Below are positions 1 through 13,424 of a stretch of DNA of 64,000 bases, in pieces. Numbering within the stretch: the stretch's first letter is position 1; each line of letters begins with the position of its first letter. The position numbers and the translations under genes are program-made. This DNA comes from Okamejei kenojei (lineage: Eukaryota). The stretch is taken from contig CM069162.1 of NCBI GenBank assembly GCA_035221665.1, positions 25,420,001 to 25,484,000 on the forward strand, given 5' to 3'. The notes under the pieces were generated by a model. It was not told where the DNA came from and did no database searches. It worked only from the letters and a program-made list of their open reading frames with translations.

Positions 1-183
1 CTCTGCAGTTACTGCACATTAATTAGATTATCAGATTAACCCATTGATGATTCGATTTATGCATATTTTCCAAAGCCATTTTTTCGAGCTACTTTTAGTC
101 AGTTTACGTTAAAAATCTACTTGCTCATCATTTTTATTCAACCCAACCCAGTGCAGTTCTCCCGAGTTTATAAATCGATAATA

Positions 184-345
184 GACACAAAAAGCTGGAG
201 TAACTCAGCGGGACAGGCAGCATCTCTGGAGAGAAGGATGGGTGACGTTTAGGATCGAGAAGACAGGTCTCGAGAAGCTGAGTTACTCCAGCTTTTTGTG
301 TCTGTCTTCGGTTTAAACTGGCATCTGCAGTTCCTTCATGCACAT
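184..345. mobile_element. Penelope-pLTR-derived palindromic short element
   Basis: AGACACAAAAAGCTGGAGTAACTCAG ... CTGAGTTACTCCAGCTTTTTGTGTCT arms, with TTTAT(A/C)AATCGATA direct repeats on the flanks. Confidence 0.75.
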
Positions 346-613
346 TTATCAATCGATATTTCATTTATAATTATGTCCAAGCATTCATTATAGTCCGTCT
401 CGTCGTCGTTTCTACGTGCCCCGTGTCGCGTAAATTGCGAAATATTAGATATATTTCATTGTATAAAAATAATTCAGGGTTAATTCGTTATGTTGTCTGC
501 CTTATTTGCCGTTTGTAAAATCTGTCCCTGTTCAAGACCTTTTTGGAGTCGATAGTTACAGGAATTGTACTATTGGGAGGGGTATTGAACAAAACTGTTC
601 ACCCCCACACCCC

Positions 614-1009
614 NNNNNNNNNNNNNNNNNNNNNNNNNNNNNNNNNNNNNNNNNNNNNNNNNNNNNNNNNNNNNNNNNNNNNNNNNNNNNNNNNNNNNNN
701 NNNNNNNNNNNNNNNNNNNNNNNNNNNNNNNNNNNNNNNNNNNNNNNNNNNNNNNNNNNNNNNNNNNNNNNNNNNNNNNNNNNNNNNNNNNNNNNNNNNN
801 NNNNNNNNNNNNNNNNNNNNNNNNNNNNNNNNNNNNNNNNNNNNNNNNNNNNNNNNNNNNNNNNNNNNNNNNNNNNNNNNNNNNNNNNNNNNNNNNNNNN
901 NNNNNNNNNNNNNNNNNNNNNNNNNNNNNNNNNNNNNNNNNNNNNNNNNNNNNNNNNNNNNNNNNNNNNNNNNNNNNNNNNNNNNNNNNNNNNNNNNNNN
1001 NNNNNNNNN
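614..1009. other. Assembly gap (396 N)
   Basis: Run of N from 614 to 1009; the ORFs 506..1027, 543..1016 and 570..1067 are artefacts of it. Confidence 0.99.
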
Positions 1010-4000
1010 TCGGTGAAAGCGGTCTGAAGCTCAGTGTTAGTAGATGAACCTTATCTCCAATTCCCATTCATTGTCCCGCAAATATTTTGATTGCAACAAT
1101 TTATTTTCCTCCCATACATAGTTTCATTCCAATATGCTCTCTTAAATCACCAAGTTTTACAAAAAAAAATCAACATTGATTTCCAGCGCTGCACGATTGA
1201 TTTCAGCACGAGGTTGAAAGAGCATGTGACAAAATGTTAAATATGTCCTGAAATAATATATACAGTTATAAAAATTCTCGCACTATAAAAGGGAAGTGAA
1301 ATCTGGCGAATTGGTGCCTGGAGCTACAGAGAGCGAAGCGTTTAAAGATGAAAGTGCGAGAAATAAAAGGGCTCAATTTAATCTGCCTTAAAACCCTTCA
1401 ACATAACGTTGTGCTTAAAAGTCCCCACAGTAGCTGATTGGGGCTAAATACACTTCTAACCATAGCTAGCAGCTATTACACTCATCGGGAACACAGCCCC
1501 TCATTCACACAGCGCCGTTTTCATTACTTTCTTTAATAAGCCTTAACATTATTAAATGTCAGAGAGATGAGAGAGAAAGAACAATCCAGCAAAAATCTCT
1601 GCTTAGAAAAGGAGTGAGGGCATTAAAGCCTCGGCCCCGAGTTACCCCAGTAAAGACACAAATTAACTTGAGATATGTTTGGGTTTCCTGTCGTTCTGGA
1701 AAATATAAATAATTATACCAAACAAATCGCTTAAAGAGACAAGACTATCCGTTGACACTTTCTAGCCGTTTGTATTATGTATCGCAAGTATTGGAGGCCG
1801 AGCGATAGGGGAAATGCCCATTAAGTCATTGCTTTTTTAAAGTTGTGTAGCAATACTCCCAGTTTGGAACCAATGGTTATCGATGATTGGGGGGAGGGAG
1901 GGAGGGGTGGGGGTGGGGTGTTGGTCGGAATGTTGCGCGGGTATTAATGTCCAGGGCCGTTCATCAGCTCAGGTCACCGGACGCCCGCCTTTTGATCAGT
2001 TCAAAAAACAAAATTCTCTTTAAATCCATAAGTATGAGCGAAAATATTCCACGACACGCCGCAAGAACAACATTCAAAAGATCACATTAGTCGCCCCATA
2101 AGACAATCCAGAAGGCAGAAAAAAAGTTTTGTAGATGTTATTTTAACACCGCCACTTAAAACTTATTTACAAATATAAACACCATCGCGTCACCTCGGCC
2201 TCTAGGAGAAACCATCAGCCTTTCCGCTGTTACCCAGCGGGAGTGAGAGCTCCTATTTAAAGGGTGATTGTAAAACGGCAGCACGCGGCGCTCCCTTTTG
2301 CAAATGTTTCCACATTTTAAAACACATATTTAAATATCAAGAGTCGAATGTTTGATCGAGTGCCTCTGATACTTAGGTACAAGTTAAATACAATTCAGCT
2401 GAAATTTTATCCATCTCCCAGAACCCAAGCTGAAACTTAAAGATACGTTTAAGAGAAAGAAAACTTCTTTAAAAGTTGAATTTCCTCAATCGGCGTCGGG
2501 CTATTTTTAACGATAAATGATTCGCAAATTAAGAGAAATTAATCTAGACCATGAATAAATTCTGAATACATAATTAGTAAATATTTCATAGCTCCTCTGT
2601 GCTGGAAAATAAAACCTTGTCATTTTCGTGGTGTTTAGAATTGTTCAAAAACTCAGTAGAATCGCACTTAAAATTACAACAATCGGAATGTTTTCCAACA
2701 TTTGGCCAACTGAAATGTAATTTATATTTAGACATCGTTGAGGAGTCGAAGGCTAGCAGCGAGGGTCGCGGAGTACACAGAAAAACAACTCCGATTTGAA
2801 AAAGACCAAGTTGATTCCTTCTGAAGAAATATTCCCAGAAAAGATGACATAAAACTTGGTAAGACAATTAAATACCTCACTAGCTCAGAACAATTTTTTT
2901 TTAAACGATAAAAAGTACTTCCTCGTTTTCTTTTTATCTGACTGCGATATAGTAAAGCGTTTTATTTTTAACATTGATTTAAATGTTTAAACGTTACACT
3001 GAACGGTTGGATTCATCTACAGACGGGGACAAACTGCACGGAATCTGCTTTCCAAATGAATATTGACTGTTTCTAAATGTTTTTTTGAAATCGTTTTGTA
3101 CCTTCAGCCAGTTATTCTTTCCCAATATTATTACCAAACTCTTAACAGCGGGGAGTGTTTGCATTATTCATGCGATTCCCTTTCTCCATTATTTCCTCCC
3201 TCGCTCTTTTGTCCTGATATTTTTTTCCCCTCTCGCAGATTTTTTGAATGAGAATGTCGGACTCTGCCGCCTCAGAACAGGCTGCTGTCTTTCTCTTTCT
3301 CTCTCCCTCTCTCTTTTCGCCTCTGTTCCCTTTTGTATTTCAGCTTTTAAAACATTTTCAATGGACTCACTGGTCTTTGTGCTCAAGTTCATCTCCAAGT
3401 CTGGAAATGAGTCCGTCTTCCAGAAACCCCTTTGTCAAACCCAGTAGAAATGTTTGAACATCTCGTTTGACAGTTTTTTGTTCTTTTTTTTCTAAAAAAA
3501 GGGCAAATGTTGATTTAAATATTCCCGAGCGCCCCGAAGAATTAAAGGAACGAGCAATGTTTTTTTCTACAAAGTTTCGAAGGAATAATTTCGAATTGGT
3601 GCACAAGTGCGCGGACTCGTCGCCCCGTAAAGAATAATCCGATTGTTTTAACTTATAGGAACTTGGTGTGTTACACCTTAAATAATGCAAATCCAGAAGC
3701 GGAATCAAAACCTTACCCGAGGAGTGCCATTTACTCCAAGGGAGACGACATCTAACTTTAAAAAAAAAACAACCGCATGCATGAAACTGTAGGTGAATAT
3801 GCGAACATCATTTACATAAAAATCGTGGCAATCAATTTAATTCTGATTTGACCAAGAAATAATAACATCGTTAAACATGAGCAAGTTGGGAACTTTCCGG
3901 TCATGTTTGTTCCATATTGATTCCATCAACGTTCCAGTTTATTTCTTAACAAAATGATGGAGTCTGGTTTGTCACCCCCCCCCCCCCCCCCCCCCAATCC

Positions 4001-4916
4001 CCCTCCCCCCCCCCCCCCCCCCCCCCCCCCCCGTCGCTCTTTCTGTCCCTTGCTCATCAGAGCAGAGTAAATGTCCCATCTCCTGGCCTTTCATCAGCCG
4101 GTCGCCCCGATCTCCCATCCTAATTGTTACTGATTGGCAAAGCGGGCAACTGTCAGCCGCGGTTTCAAGGGACCGTTTAAGAAACCTGGAGAACCATCTA
4201 ACCCACAACACAAATTAATTTAAGCACCAACGATCCTTTCCATCAGAGTCAGGGCTGAATAATTGATGCCTCGTCCTGCCACAGAAGACGGCAGCCCTTT
4301 TTTGACTTCCCCAACCAACACGTTCTGCACTCGAGTCACCTCGTGGGATGAGTGCGGTCCATTTTGGACAGATTATTCCCCCATATCTCCAGAAAGATTT
4401 TTCTAAACCCAGTGGCCGACAAAGTAACAAAATAGTTGACAGTTTTACTGAGAGATTGAAAGAGGGGAGAGCAACACGCGATCTTCAGCCTTTACAACAC
4501 ATTGAGTGTAAACATGTTCTATTAAATGTCACACAGATAACCGTGAGGTGGTATAAGCATCCCATGCCAGATTCATCATGAGTGTGGGACTCAACTAAAA
4601 ACTGGCAGGGGAAATAATTCGAATGAAGATACTCCTGACCTAAACCCGAGCGCCGAGCACTGGGCGCAGGGATTCTGACTGGGTCGAGGTACAGAGCAAA
4701 GCCTTGTATTTAAATAAAAAACAATGTTTACATCCAGATGTAGATTCAAAATTAAAACCCCCAAAATCTCAAATTATATAAAATGCAATAAAATCAGAAG
4801 CCGGGCAGTGATTCCCTCTCGGCGACAACCTCAGCCCCGCATCCTCCCTGTTTCCACAAGATTAAACCCCAATTGTAGCCCAGCGTAGTGAGTGAGCAAG
4901 CAAGCGCCAATGTTAC

Positions 4917-5045
4917 CTTTCTCCCCGAGGATTCCATCAATACTATGTTTAGTCTTTCTGCCCCCTTCTTCCTCTTTCTTCTCCATTTCTTCGTCATCAT
5001 CTCTCTTTCCAAACTTGGCTCTTAACACCCGACTGATGGAACTCA
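4917..5045 (-). CDS. PAX3: PAX3 exon 4 (129 nt), end of paired domain plus octapeptide: [43 protein letters not shown]; the gene continues left of the window
   Basis: TTTTGAAAG acceptor (5047-5046), GTAACA donor (4916) and the HSIDGILG octapeptide. No homeobox exon was seen in 1-4916, consistent with a long intron 4. Confidence 0.95.
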
Positions 5046-5894
5046 CTTTCAAAATAAAAGAAAAAAATAAATAAGTGGAATGAAACTTTGAAAATCGGCG
5101 GTGTGTTTCGGGAGTGTGGAATCCCTGGTCCGCAAACCTTCAATAACTCCTCAATCTAAGCCGATTCTTCCTCTCCTGGCCATTTAAGGCAACAATTTAA
5201 TAATTGTGGATTTTTAAGTCTTTCTGTAATTTGATAACATTTAAAATGTTTCATTAAAATTAGTTGTTGGTATATTCGATCTTTCTCACCAATAATGGCT
5301 TTTCCAAACGTTGGTTATAAATTTCTTTCAAAAGCAACAAAAAAGGTAATTCTAAAAACTTTAATGCTTATTTGGGGTAAATGTCCGGGTGTGGGGAGGA
5401 ATGGGGAGGCCCATAACTGTAATAACCCCTCCCCAGTCCCAAACCTGTCAATTTCAAATCATGCCATTGATTTCAATAGCAATAGATGACCCCAGGGTGG
5501 CGGGAGATCGGGCAAAACCAACAACTCTGCCCCAGCCACAAGGAAGAAAAATGATCACGAAGAAATGCTGTAAAAATGAAATTTATCAACAGACAAGACG
5601 CTAAAAACGGAACAATTCCCGCCCCTGTCCTGTGTACAGAAACCTAACATGAGGCAATTTGGGATCTTCATAAAAACCGACCTGTAACTTCAAAACAGTT
5701 TGTCTGAAACGTTCAAGTGACTGCTAAAGAGATGTAACTTAATATCTTGAGTCAAAGATTCAAATTGCGCCTGAGAATTTTCGGGGATGCCTTTGTGAAA
5801 TTTAAGTGAATTACACCAAGCCCAAGAAACACCGGGTTGCAACTTATGTCATGTCTGGCTGCTGCCCTCTCCTGCATGTCTATCTCGCCCTCTA

Positions 5895-6176
<282 letters not shown>

Positions 6177-7149
6177 TTATTTGATGTGAATCATCAAGCA
6201 ACTAAATCATTACATGTCCATTTTCTGTTCACAGATCGTCAAAATAAAGTTTAAATATCACCCACATTTCTACCAATTCATTACTTCTCTCTCTTGAGAT
6301 TCGCTTATCTAACTGTGGGATCGAGCAGTTGGAGAGAGCGTTTCGCAGCCTTGAATTTCACTTGTTCAAAACTGTGCGAATTTCTTCAAAATACACGTGA
6401 AACATGCTATTGATTGCAGTGCTTTCGGACCTGGTGATTTATGAACTAGCGTGACTTCAGGTTTGAACTAAAACTCAGTGTCGAGTTCCAGTTCAGCCCA
6501 CTCTGATCTCACCGCCGTTGCTGCCCAGTGTTATTCCGAATGACCCTGTAACTCCCCGTGTCCTCCTGAGAAATGGGGGGAAAAAAAAAACTGTTCCTGT
6601 CGGTCTGTCAAACGGCAGCATCCGAGAAGCGCACTGTTTTAAGTTAATTACCGATTAGATAGACTATCCGCTGCTCAGGGGGAGAATAAAAGCGCAACGA
6701 TAATTTAAAGGAACGTTTAATTCTCACGACTCTTACACCAAGATTGCTGCGGTTTAAAGGGAATAACTGCAGTTCATCAGCATGTAAACATTGATTGGAG
6801 AGGGTGCACGGGTTTACTGCGATGGTAAGTTTTCGGGAAGTTTATTTGTTTTCCCGATTTGTGTTTTTTTTTTAAATCAGCTTCTTACTTTTTTTTCTTC
6901 TCCTTCTACTTTTGAGAGACACAACCGCCTCCAGCCCCCGGGCGTTGAGTCTGGGGTAAGAGTGCGAATATGAGAAAGCATGTGCATGAATAGAAAGTGA
7001 AACTTGGGGGGGGGGGGGGAGTTGTACGTGAGCGGGGTTGGGAATGGTGTGAAGGTCCGTCTCCAAACTGCATTTAGTTCTTGCTCCAGTGGCCCACAAA
7101 TTGAACCCGCCAGAGAGCCAATTCGCCCCCCGCCATTTCCTCCACTCAC

Positions 7150-7385
7150 CCTGGGCTTGCTGCCTCCGATCGCCCCGGGCCGGATAGAGCCAGTCTCTTG
7201 GTAGCGGCACAAGATTTTGGAAACGCAGCCGTGAGAGACTCGCAGCTGTCTGGATATGACACAGGGCCGGATACCGTGATGGGCCATTTCCACTATTTTG
7301 TGTCGAATATGATTCGGTAAGGGTCTGCCGTTTATAAACACTCCTCCCAACTGGTTAACTCTGCCCTGGCCCAGAGGCGTCGACA
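7150..7385 (-). CDS. PAX3: PAX3 exon 2 (236 nt), paired domain PAI subdomain: [79 protein letters not shown]
   Basis: Polypyrimidine tract plus TAG acceptor (7387-7386) and GTGAGT donor (7149). Canonical Pax3/7 paired-box peptide, present in ORF 6877..7386. Confidence 0.96.
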
Positions 7386-8880
7386 CTATTTATAGAGAGA
7401 CAGAGAAAAGAAAAGGAGAAAACCAAGTGTTAAGCGTGTTACCAGCGACACCGGCCTATACAACAGCAAGGACAAGATACCCGGGCCGACACAGCGCTGA
7501 GGTTTACAACTTCCCAACAGTGAGGTGCAGCAGAAGCCACGTCTTAGTTCACACGATCTTATTTCCCCAAAGTCTCCTGGAATCTCCATTCCCCCCCCCC
7601 CCCAAAGATTATGATAAATGTAGAATGGGTGAATGCAGCTTTTAAAACAGGTGTGTGGTGTTGGCGAATCTCCAGACTCGGTTTACGTGAAGTTAAAGAA
7701 ATACCTCGTCTCTCTCTCTCTGTCTTTTGCTAAACAAATACATTCAAGAATAAATTGTAATGTAGCTGGGTCATTAGGGGGAAAGTTGGGAGTTAAGCTG
7801 CAGTTCTAATCGTCACAAACGTCAGTGGGGTTTTACACTGTTGAAGGCTGGAATTGTAATCAGACTAATGCAATTAAACTCTCAACTTTCTGAACAGGAC
7901 TTAGGATATCCGGCCTTGAAGGATTTAAAAACCTTGCTATAGAACTGAGAATAATTCCAATTTAATACATTCGCTCATTACAAATCAGGATGACCTCTCC
8001 CCATAGAAATATGTTATTTTCCAGTTATAGGTTGAACCGGGCTAACGAAAGCGGCTTTAATAAATTCGTTTTCCATGAAAGATTTGCTTATTAAATGAAG
8101 TGTGTTAGTTGTATTTAATGGATAAAAGGCGAGACCGAGTAAAAATACACAGGAGCTGATCGGGAACTCGTTTCGCCGCGCCAGCCTGATTGGAGCTTTT
8201 TTATTCCTTAATCTGAATCAGGCATTGCTAATTTAAAGTAATGATGACCAACACATGTGGTTATCTGGGGCACGACTCAATTCTTCTCAAACATTTCCAA
8301 GTGGCCGATTCCTGCACTCGATAGGCACTAGACATTGAAACACTTGCTTCACTCATTATTCCCAGTCATGTTGTACAAATATTGGTGTAATCCCCCTTAT
8401 CCCTCTCCTGACTATTCTTCACTTCACTTGCACTTCAGTAAATCCACCAAGCTTGTGTGTTTTTCGGCGTGCGTGGCTGGTGGCGTTTCACCAATGTCTC
8501 CTTAATCACGAAATGTAGGAAGCGAGGGAAGCAAGGAAATAAATTCAACCCCAAACCCTACAGCGACCCTGTGTTAGGCCGCACGTGCTCGGGAAACTTA
8601 TAACAAAAAAAAACCGAATTAGCATTAAATGTCCACTGTCAATTAATTCAAGGTACATCAACGCCTTATGTTGACACATGTGTATCACAACAGAGACATT
8701 AGGCGCGGGCAGCACTAAATAAACTCCTGCAATTTTTACATTTACCCACAATTATTTACCACTAACAGGCGTTTAAACAAAAGCAAGATTCAACGTTTCT
8801 ATCTCCCCTGTTTGTAAATATCTCCAATAACTTTTACACGTTAATTTATGCCATTACATTGAGATCCACGGTCGACCTAC

Positions 8881-8965
8881 CTTCTAATGGGAATCCGGCC
8901 CTGCTGTAATTCTGACCTGGATTTGGACGCATCATCCGCGGTACTGTCCCGGAGAGAGACGTCAT
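8881..8965 (-). CDS. PAX3: PAX3 coding exon 1 (85 nt): [28 protein letters not shown]
   Basis: The reverse complement reads ATG at 8965 to ...TTAGAAG|GTAGGT donor. The peptide matches the Pax3/7 N-terminus (human PAX3 [28 protein letters not shown]). Phase 1 joins exon 2 in frame. Confidence 0.93.
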
Positions 8966-9700
8966 TCTAGAATCGGTATCGAAACGAATGTATCGGGGTG
9001 GGGGGGAGGGAGGGAGGGAGGGAGTGGGCAGAAAGAAAGGTTTGCACCAAAAAAAAGAATAACGAGCGAATCACAAAGTGGCGTGGACCGGGGTGCACGT
9101 AGAGCTCCCTCTCTGCTCACTAGAGCCGGTAACCAGCCTGTCCGCCGCTCTGCCTCCGCCGACCAGCCTCGCACCGCTCTGATCTTCGGGGAGGGGGGGG
9201 GGGGAGTTTCTTAGGAAAGTGGGATGAAGGGGGGGGGGGGATAGGAAACTGATGGAGTCGTTGGGCTTCTGAGGCAGGAGTTCCCCTTCCCAGCAGGGCT
9301 TCAGGCAGGCTGCTAATTCCAAACCCACACCCCCTTTTTAATGCCCTTTTGAAGAGAGTTTTGCAACTGTTGAAAGTCTCCAGGAAGCAGTGAGATGTTA
9401 AGGCGCCCAAGTTAGGCGCAGTGTGGAGGAGGAGGAGAGTTGGGACTCTGATAGGCTCGGATGGATTCTTTTATTCACGAGGAGGGAGAGGTCTCGCTGA
9501 CAAGTGAATGCTCCAATGACGGGGGGAGAGACTCGGGGCCGATCACACTCTCTCGCTGCCTCGTTATCAATCAAACAGATGGTTTACTAAAACAAAATTA
9601 CATAAAATAATACATTAAACACCCGTCAGCAATCGGCGTTAAAAGACACCGCAACGGATAGAAATCCCCCTCCCTGGCTTCTCACTAACGAGACCCACAG
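8966..9700 (-). promoter_or_regulatory. PAX3 5' UTR and proximal promoter region
   Basis: Repeat-free, CpG-containing stretch directly upstream of the ATG. It has an A-rich TATA-like GAATAAAAAG on the minus strand near 9467-9476, TGATTGAT (Pbx-type) at 9566-9573, an E-box CAGATG at 9576, and TTTATG (Cdx/Hox-type) at 9601-9606. The TSS cannot be determined from sequence. Confidence 0.55.
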
Positions 9701-10529
9701 TCAGAAAGAGCATCGCGAACCAAACTTTAGGCTGGATGGTTCGAGACTCGCTTTAAAGCCCAAATACTTTATTAAACTCGCAGCACTTCACTGGACATAA
9801 ATGTCGATTTAAAAGTAAAAGGCCCAGCCGCGACTGCCTTGGCCTAACGTGTTGTCTGCGAAAAAGCCATGTGTACGAGAACTGACTGTGACCGTTCTTT
9901 AAGCGTCAATTCTCCTCAGTGCGATGAAGGCAACGGCAGGGATTGAGCGCAGAGAACTTCAACGTCCGCAGATGTCGGGGAGAGAACTGCATTTAAAAGT
10001 GTAGGGCGAAGGTGCCTGCACTGATGCTAATAATGAGGGGCTCTGCTCTGGGCCTGAATCCGTTGATTCGCCCTTCCTTCCACCTCCCAATAATACCCTC
10101 ACAGTTGTCCAATCCTCCTTAGGTCATTTCAGTTTTATAGTGACAATTTTCTTCGAACACATTCCAAAATTAATGTGACCCTTACTGCCGGAGTGATCCC
10201 CTGAACAGCCCCCTATACTCTTAATTACTGATGGGAACGACTTGTTACATATCTGCACCTAGGCTGGGGAAACGGGAGCAGCTAAAAGACATTTCATTCT
10301 GTTTAAATCAGCTGTTTCGCCTGAGATCCGGAGGGCGAAGGGTCGGGCATTTCCACTGTCTTGTCCCCCCATATAAGGAAGGCAGATCTCCCTGCAGAAG
10401 GTATTTGTTTTCAATGCTTGTACCATTTTGATGGATTGTAAAATAACCTTTTTTTCCCTGTAGGATCGGTGATGTTTCCCTTCCCAAAGACAGATGATTA
10501 CAAATGACAGCAGCTGTTCTGAGACACCC

Positions 10530-10980
10530 GGACCCACACATACACCAAACACTCAATCAACTCTCATAGTCGCTCCCCAATCTAACACATAGACCCACAA
10601 ACTCCCTCACATACACTCTCTTAAACATTTACACCAACTCCCACCTTCCCTGCACACAGCCAAACACACCCAACTATACAGCTATACACCCGTCATCTGG
10701 AATATAGAGACAGACCCATATACACTTTTACACACGAATACACCCACAACCATGCACACGCATATTTCGAAATATCTACTCACACCAAGCCACTCACACC
10801 CAAACATAAAGACACAACCAAACATACGCACATTCACCATTCACAAAACCAAAAATACACCTATACTGAATATACAGCGTACACAAACACTGTACACACA
10901 CTTGAGCACCGACTGCATACGCACACGCATTCACATTTGCACAACTTGTGCACACTCCAACCCTCTCCACGTACACAAAC
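10530..10980. repeat. CA-rich low-complexity tract
   Basis: Degenerate (CA)n-rich sequence; the ORFs 10752..11024 and 10794..10976 are by-products. Confidence 0.7.
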
Positions 10981-11581
10981 AGAGCCTTGTGAGAATCTCC
11001 AAAATGACTCAGAGAAGTTTCTGATTTAATTTCCCCTCGACGCCTGATCTCCCGAGCATGTTAATTGTTCTAATGTAATACAACACTGATCACTGGGACC
11101 AGGAACCAATCGATGATCCATTTATTAAATGTGTTCGGTTATGGCTATTTCACCAAATGTCACTGATGTTAATTATAATAAGAAGAATTTCGAAAAGTTG
11201 CGCTTTGCTTTACACACCCTCCCTTAATCTTCATTTAATCCGCATTCACCTCGGCTAAATAATTCGTTTGCCAAGTAATAACAACGCGTCTAGTCTAAAA
11301 ATGACATCCTAAATGAAAATTGGGAACAAAGGGACGCCTCGCTGTGTGCCAGGTACCCGGCCCGGCGGTGAAACCCCTTCAATGCACACAATTAATTCCA
11401 AACCACCTCTCTTGGTAGTTTGTTTTGCTAACTGTGTGAATATTTGCGCCCGTGCAATCGATTTTGAATTGCATTGAAATCGGAGCCATAAATTGATACA
11501 GCTCCATTATGCCCAATCGGTGCGATATTCATTCGAAGACTCCAACCATCTGACCCATGGGCTGATGCCCAGTACCGTGTG

Positions 11582-12067
11582 GTAGACAAAAAGCTGGAGA
11601 AACTCAGCGGGTGCAGCAGCATCTAAGGAGCGAAGGAGATCCTTAGATGCTGCTGCACCCGCTGAGTTTCTCCAGCTTTTTGTGTAACCCTCGATTGTCC
11701 AGCATCTGCAGGTTCTTCGTTAACACCGTGTGCTAGACGCCGTGCGGGGAATGGTACGTAGTCTCAGTTGTACCCAAGCCTCAACCTTGCCACCAACACC
11801 TCTCGTACTAACTTTATCCCCATCTCCACTCGCGCATTATTTAGCACCCAACAACCCCGAACCTAACACCAACACAAATACCCCTTAAATTAATCTCCAT
11901 CTCCTGCTGTAAACCTGTAGGAAGGAACTGCAGATAGCGGTTTACATCGAAGATAGACACAGAATGCTGGAGTAACTCAGCCGGATAGGCAGCTTCTCTG
12001 GAGAGAAGGAATGAGAAGGAAAGAATGCCTGTTCCGATTAGTTACTTCAGCATTTTATGTCTGTTTT
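11582..12067. mobile_element. Two Penelope-pLTR-derived palindromic elements (11582-11723, 11919-12067)
   Basis: The first copy has ~43-bp perfect inverted arms. Short flanking direct repeats are ACCGTGTG and GTAA(A/C)CCTGT. Confidence 0.75.
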
Positions 12068-13424
12068 GTAACCCTGTTCCGAGCGCAACTCTTCTGAACT
12101 CGTTTTTCACATCGCAGTCCCCGTCCTGAAGAAAATTACTTGCTCAGAATCCCGTCGGACGTTTGTGAACAAAATGAACCTGGACCAGGGGGAGCGGAGG
12201 GCGAGCGACCAAGGCTTGCATCGACCAAGGGCGATATTCTTCCTTCGCTTGTTTCTAGACTTCCAAATCCATAGTCTCTGAACCATGGTCCGGTTTCCCT
12301 TTTATCCTCATCTCAATATTGATACATTGAAAGAAGCGGCGAATTGAAGCGGCGGATGATGAGGGAATTAAAAGGGAATATAAATTACGCTATAAATAAT
12401 GTCCTGGAGTTTTTCGAAAATACCCAGTATTGCTCATTCCAGCACAAAGTTATGTCAGTCGCTAATCATCTGATATTTATTTCAGTAATTAATTCAATCG
12501 CTCCCTAACTTTACGAGACTACAATATACAATACTATTTGTTCAAAATATTCAGTTATATTTGACTAGTAACTAAGTATGTTACTCCAAATGTTAATTTA
12601 AATTACCAAATGGTATTCAATTATTTGGACAACAAAATAGTATTCCATTATTATACTACTTATAGTATTAAATTATTTGGAGAGCAAAATCACAATTCCC
12701 AATATCGAGTTACCAATTAAAAGTATCCAGCTACACCTGATCCGAATGATATCAGTCCTAAATATCCAGTTAATATCATGCCTGCAATAACCAGTCATAG
12801 AAATGCTCAAAAATTGTTATACCCCTTCCAAGTATTTGGTTATTTTCATAATTTATTCCTATATACATATATACATCCGACCCCAAGATTGCGTTATCGT
12901 TGTTCCCTGTTTTGAGTTACTCCAACTATTTGTGTCTATCTTTGAGTATTAAGCATTTGTCAAACTCCATATTCGTTCATAATATCCAGTCATCTCTGTA
13001 TCTGTCAGTCTTCGATTGTTCGATATTAGATTTAAATGTCCAACATCTTCAGCAGAGCTCACATCCTGTGAATGAATGAGAAAAAGCCAGTCAAATCTGT
13101 TCCTTATACCCAGATATAAAAACACTATCATCAGTAGTACATAATAGTTAATACTGTATATCAGTCAGCAATCAACTGTGTCTTGCGGGCTGAACTCATT
13201 CTAAAAATGTAGTTATTACTTACAAATGTTAGTTACCTATTTCTAGTTTTTGCTAAATTGTTTCTAATATATAGTTGCCTCAAATGTATAGTTGTCTGAA
13301 TATCAATTAAATCCAACCATCACTGCATACTAGCCGCAATGTCCAAACTTAATTTTTCAACTTTCAATATATTAAATCATTGACTGATGCCCATGAAACT
13401 AATGCGAGCACCTTGCATTAATGA

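Noticed and set aside
506-1067. Long ORFs spanning the N run
   Set aside because: Artefacts of the assembly gap.
3085-3457. Overlapping ORFs and a plus-strand pyrimidine tract with TTTCAG (possible antisense exon in PAX3 intron 4)
   Set aside because: CT-rich low-complexity sequence with no recognisable protein and no paired donor identified.
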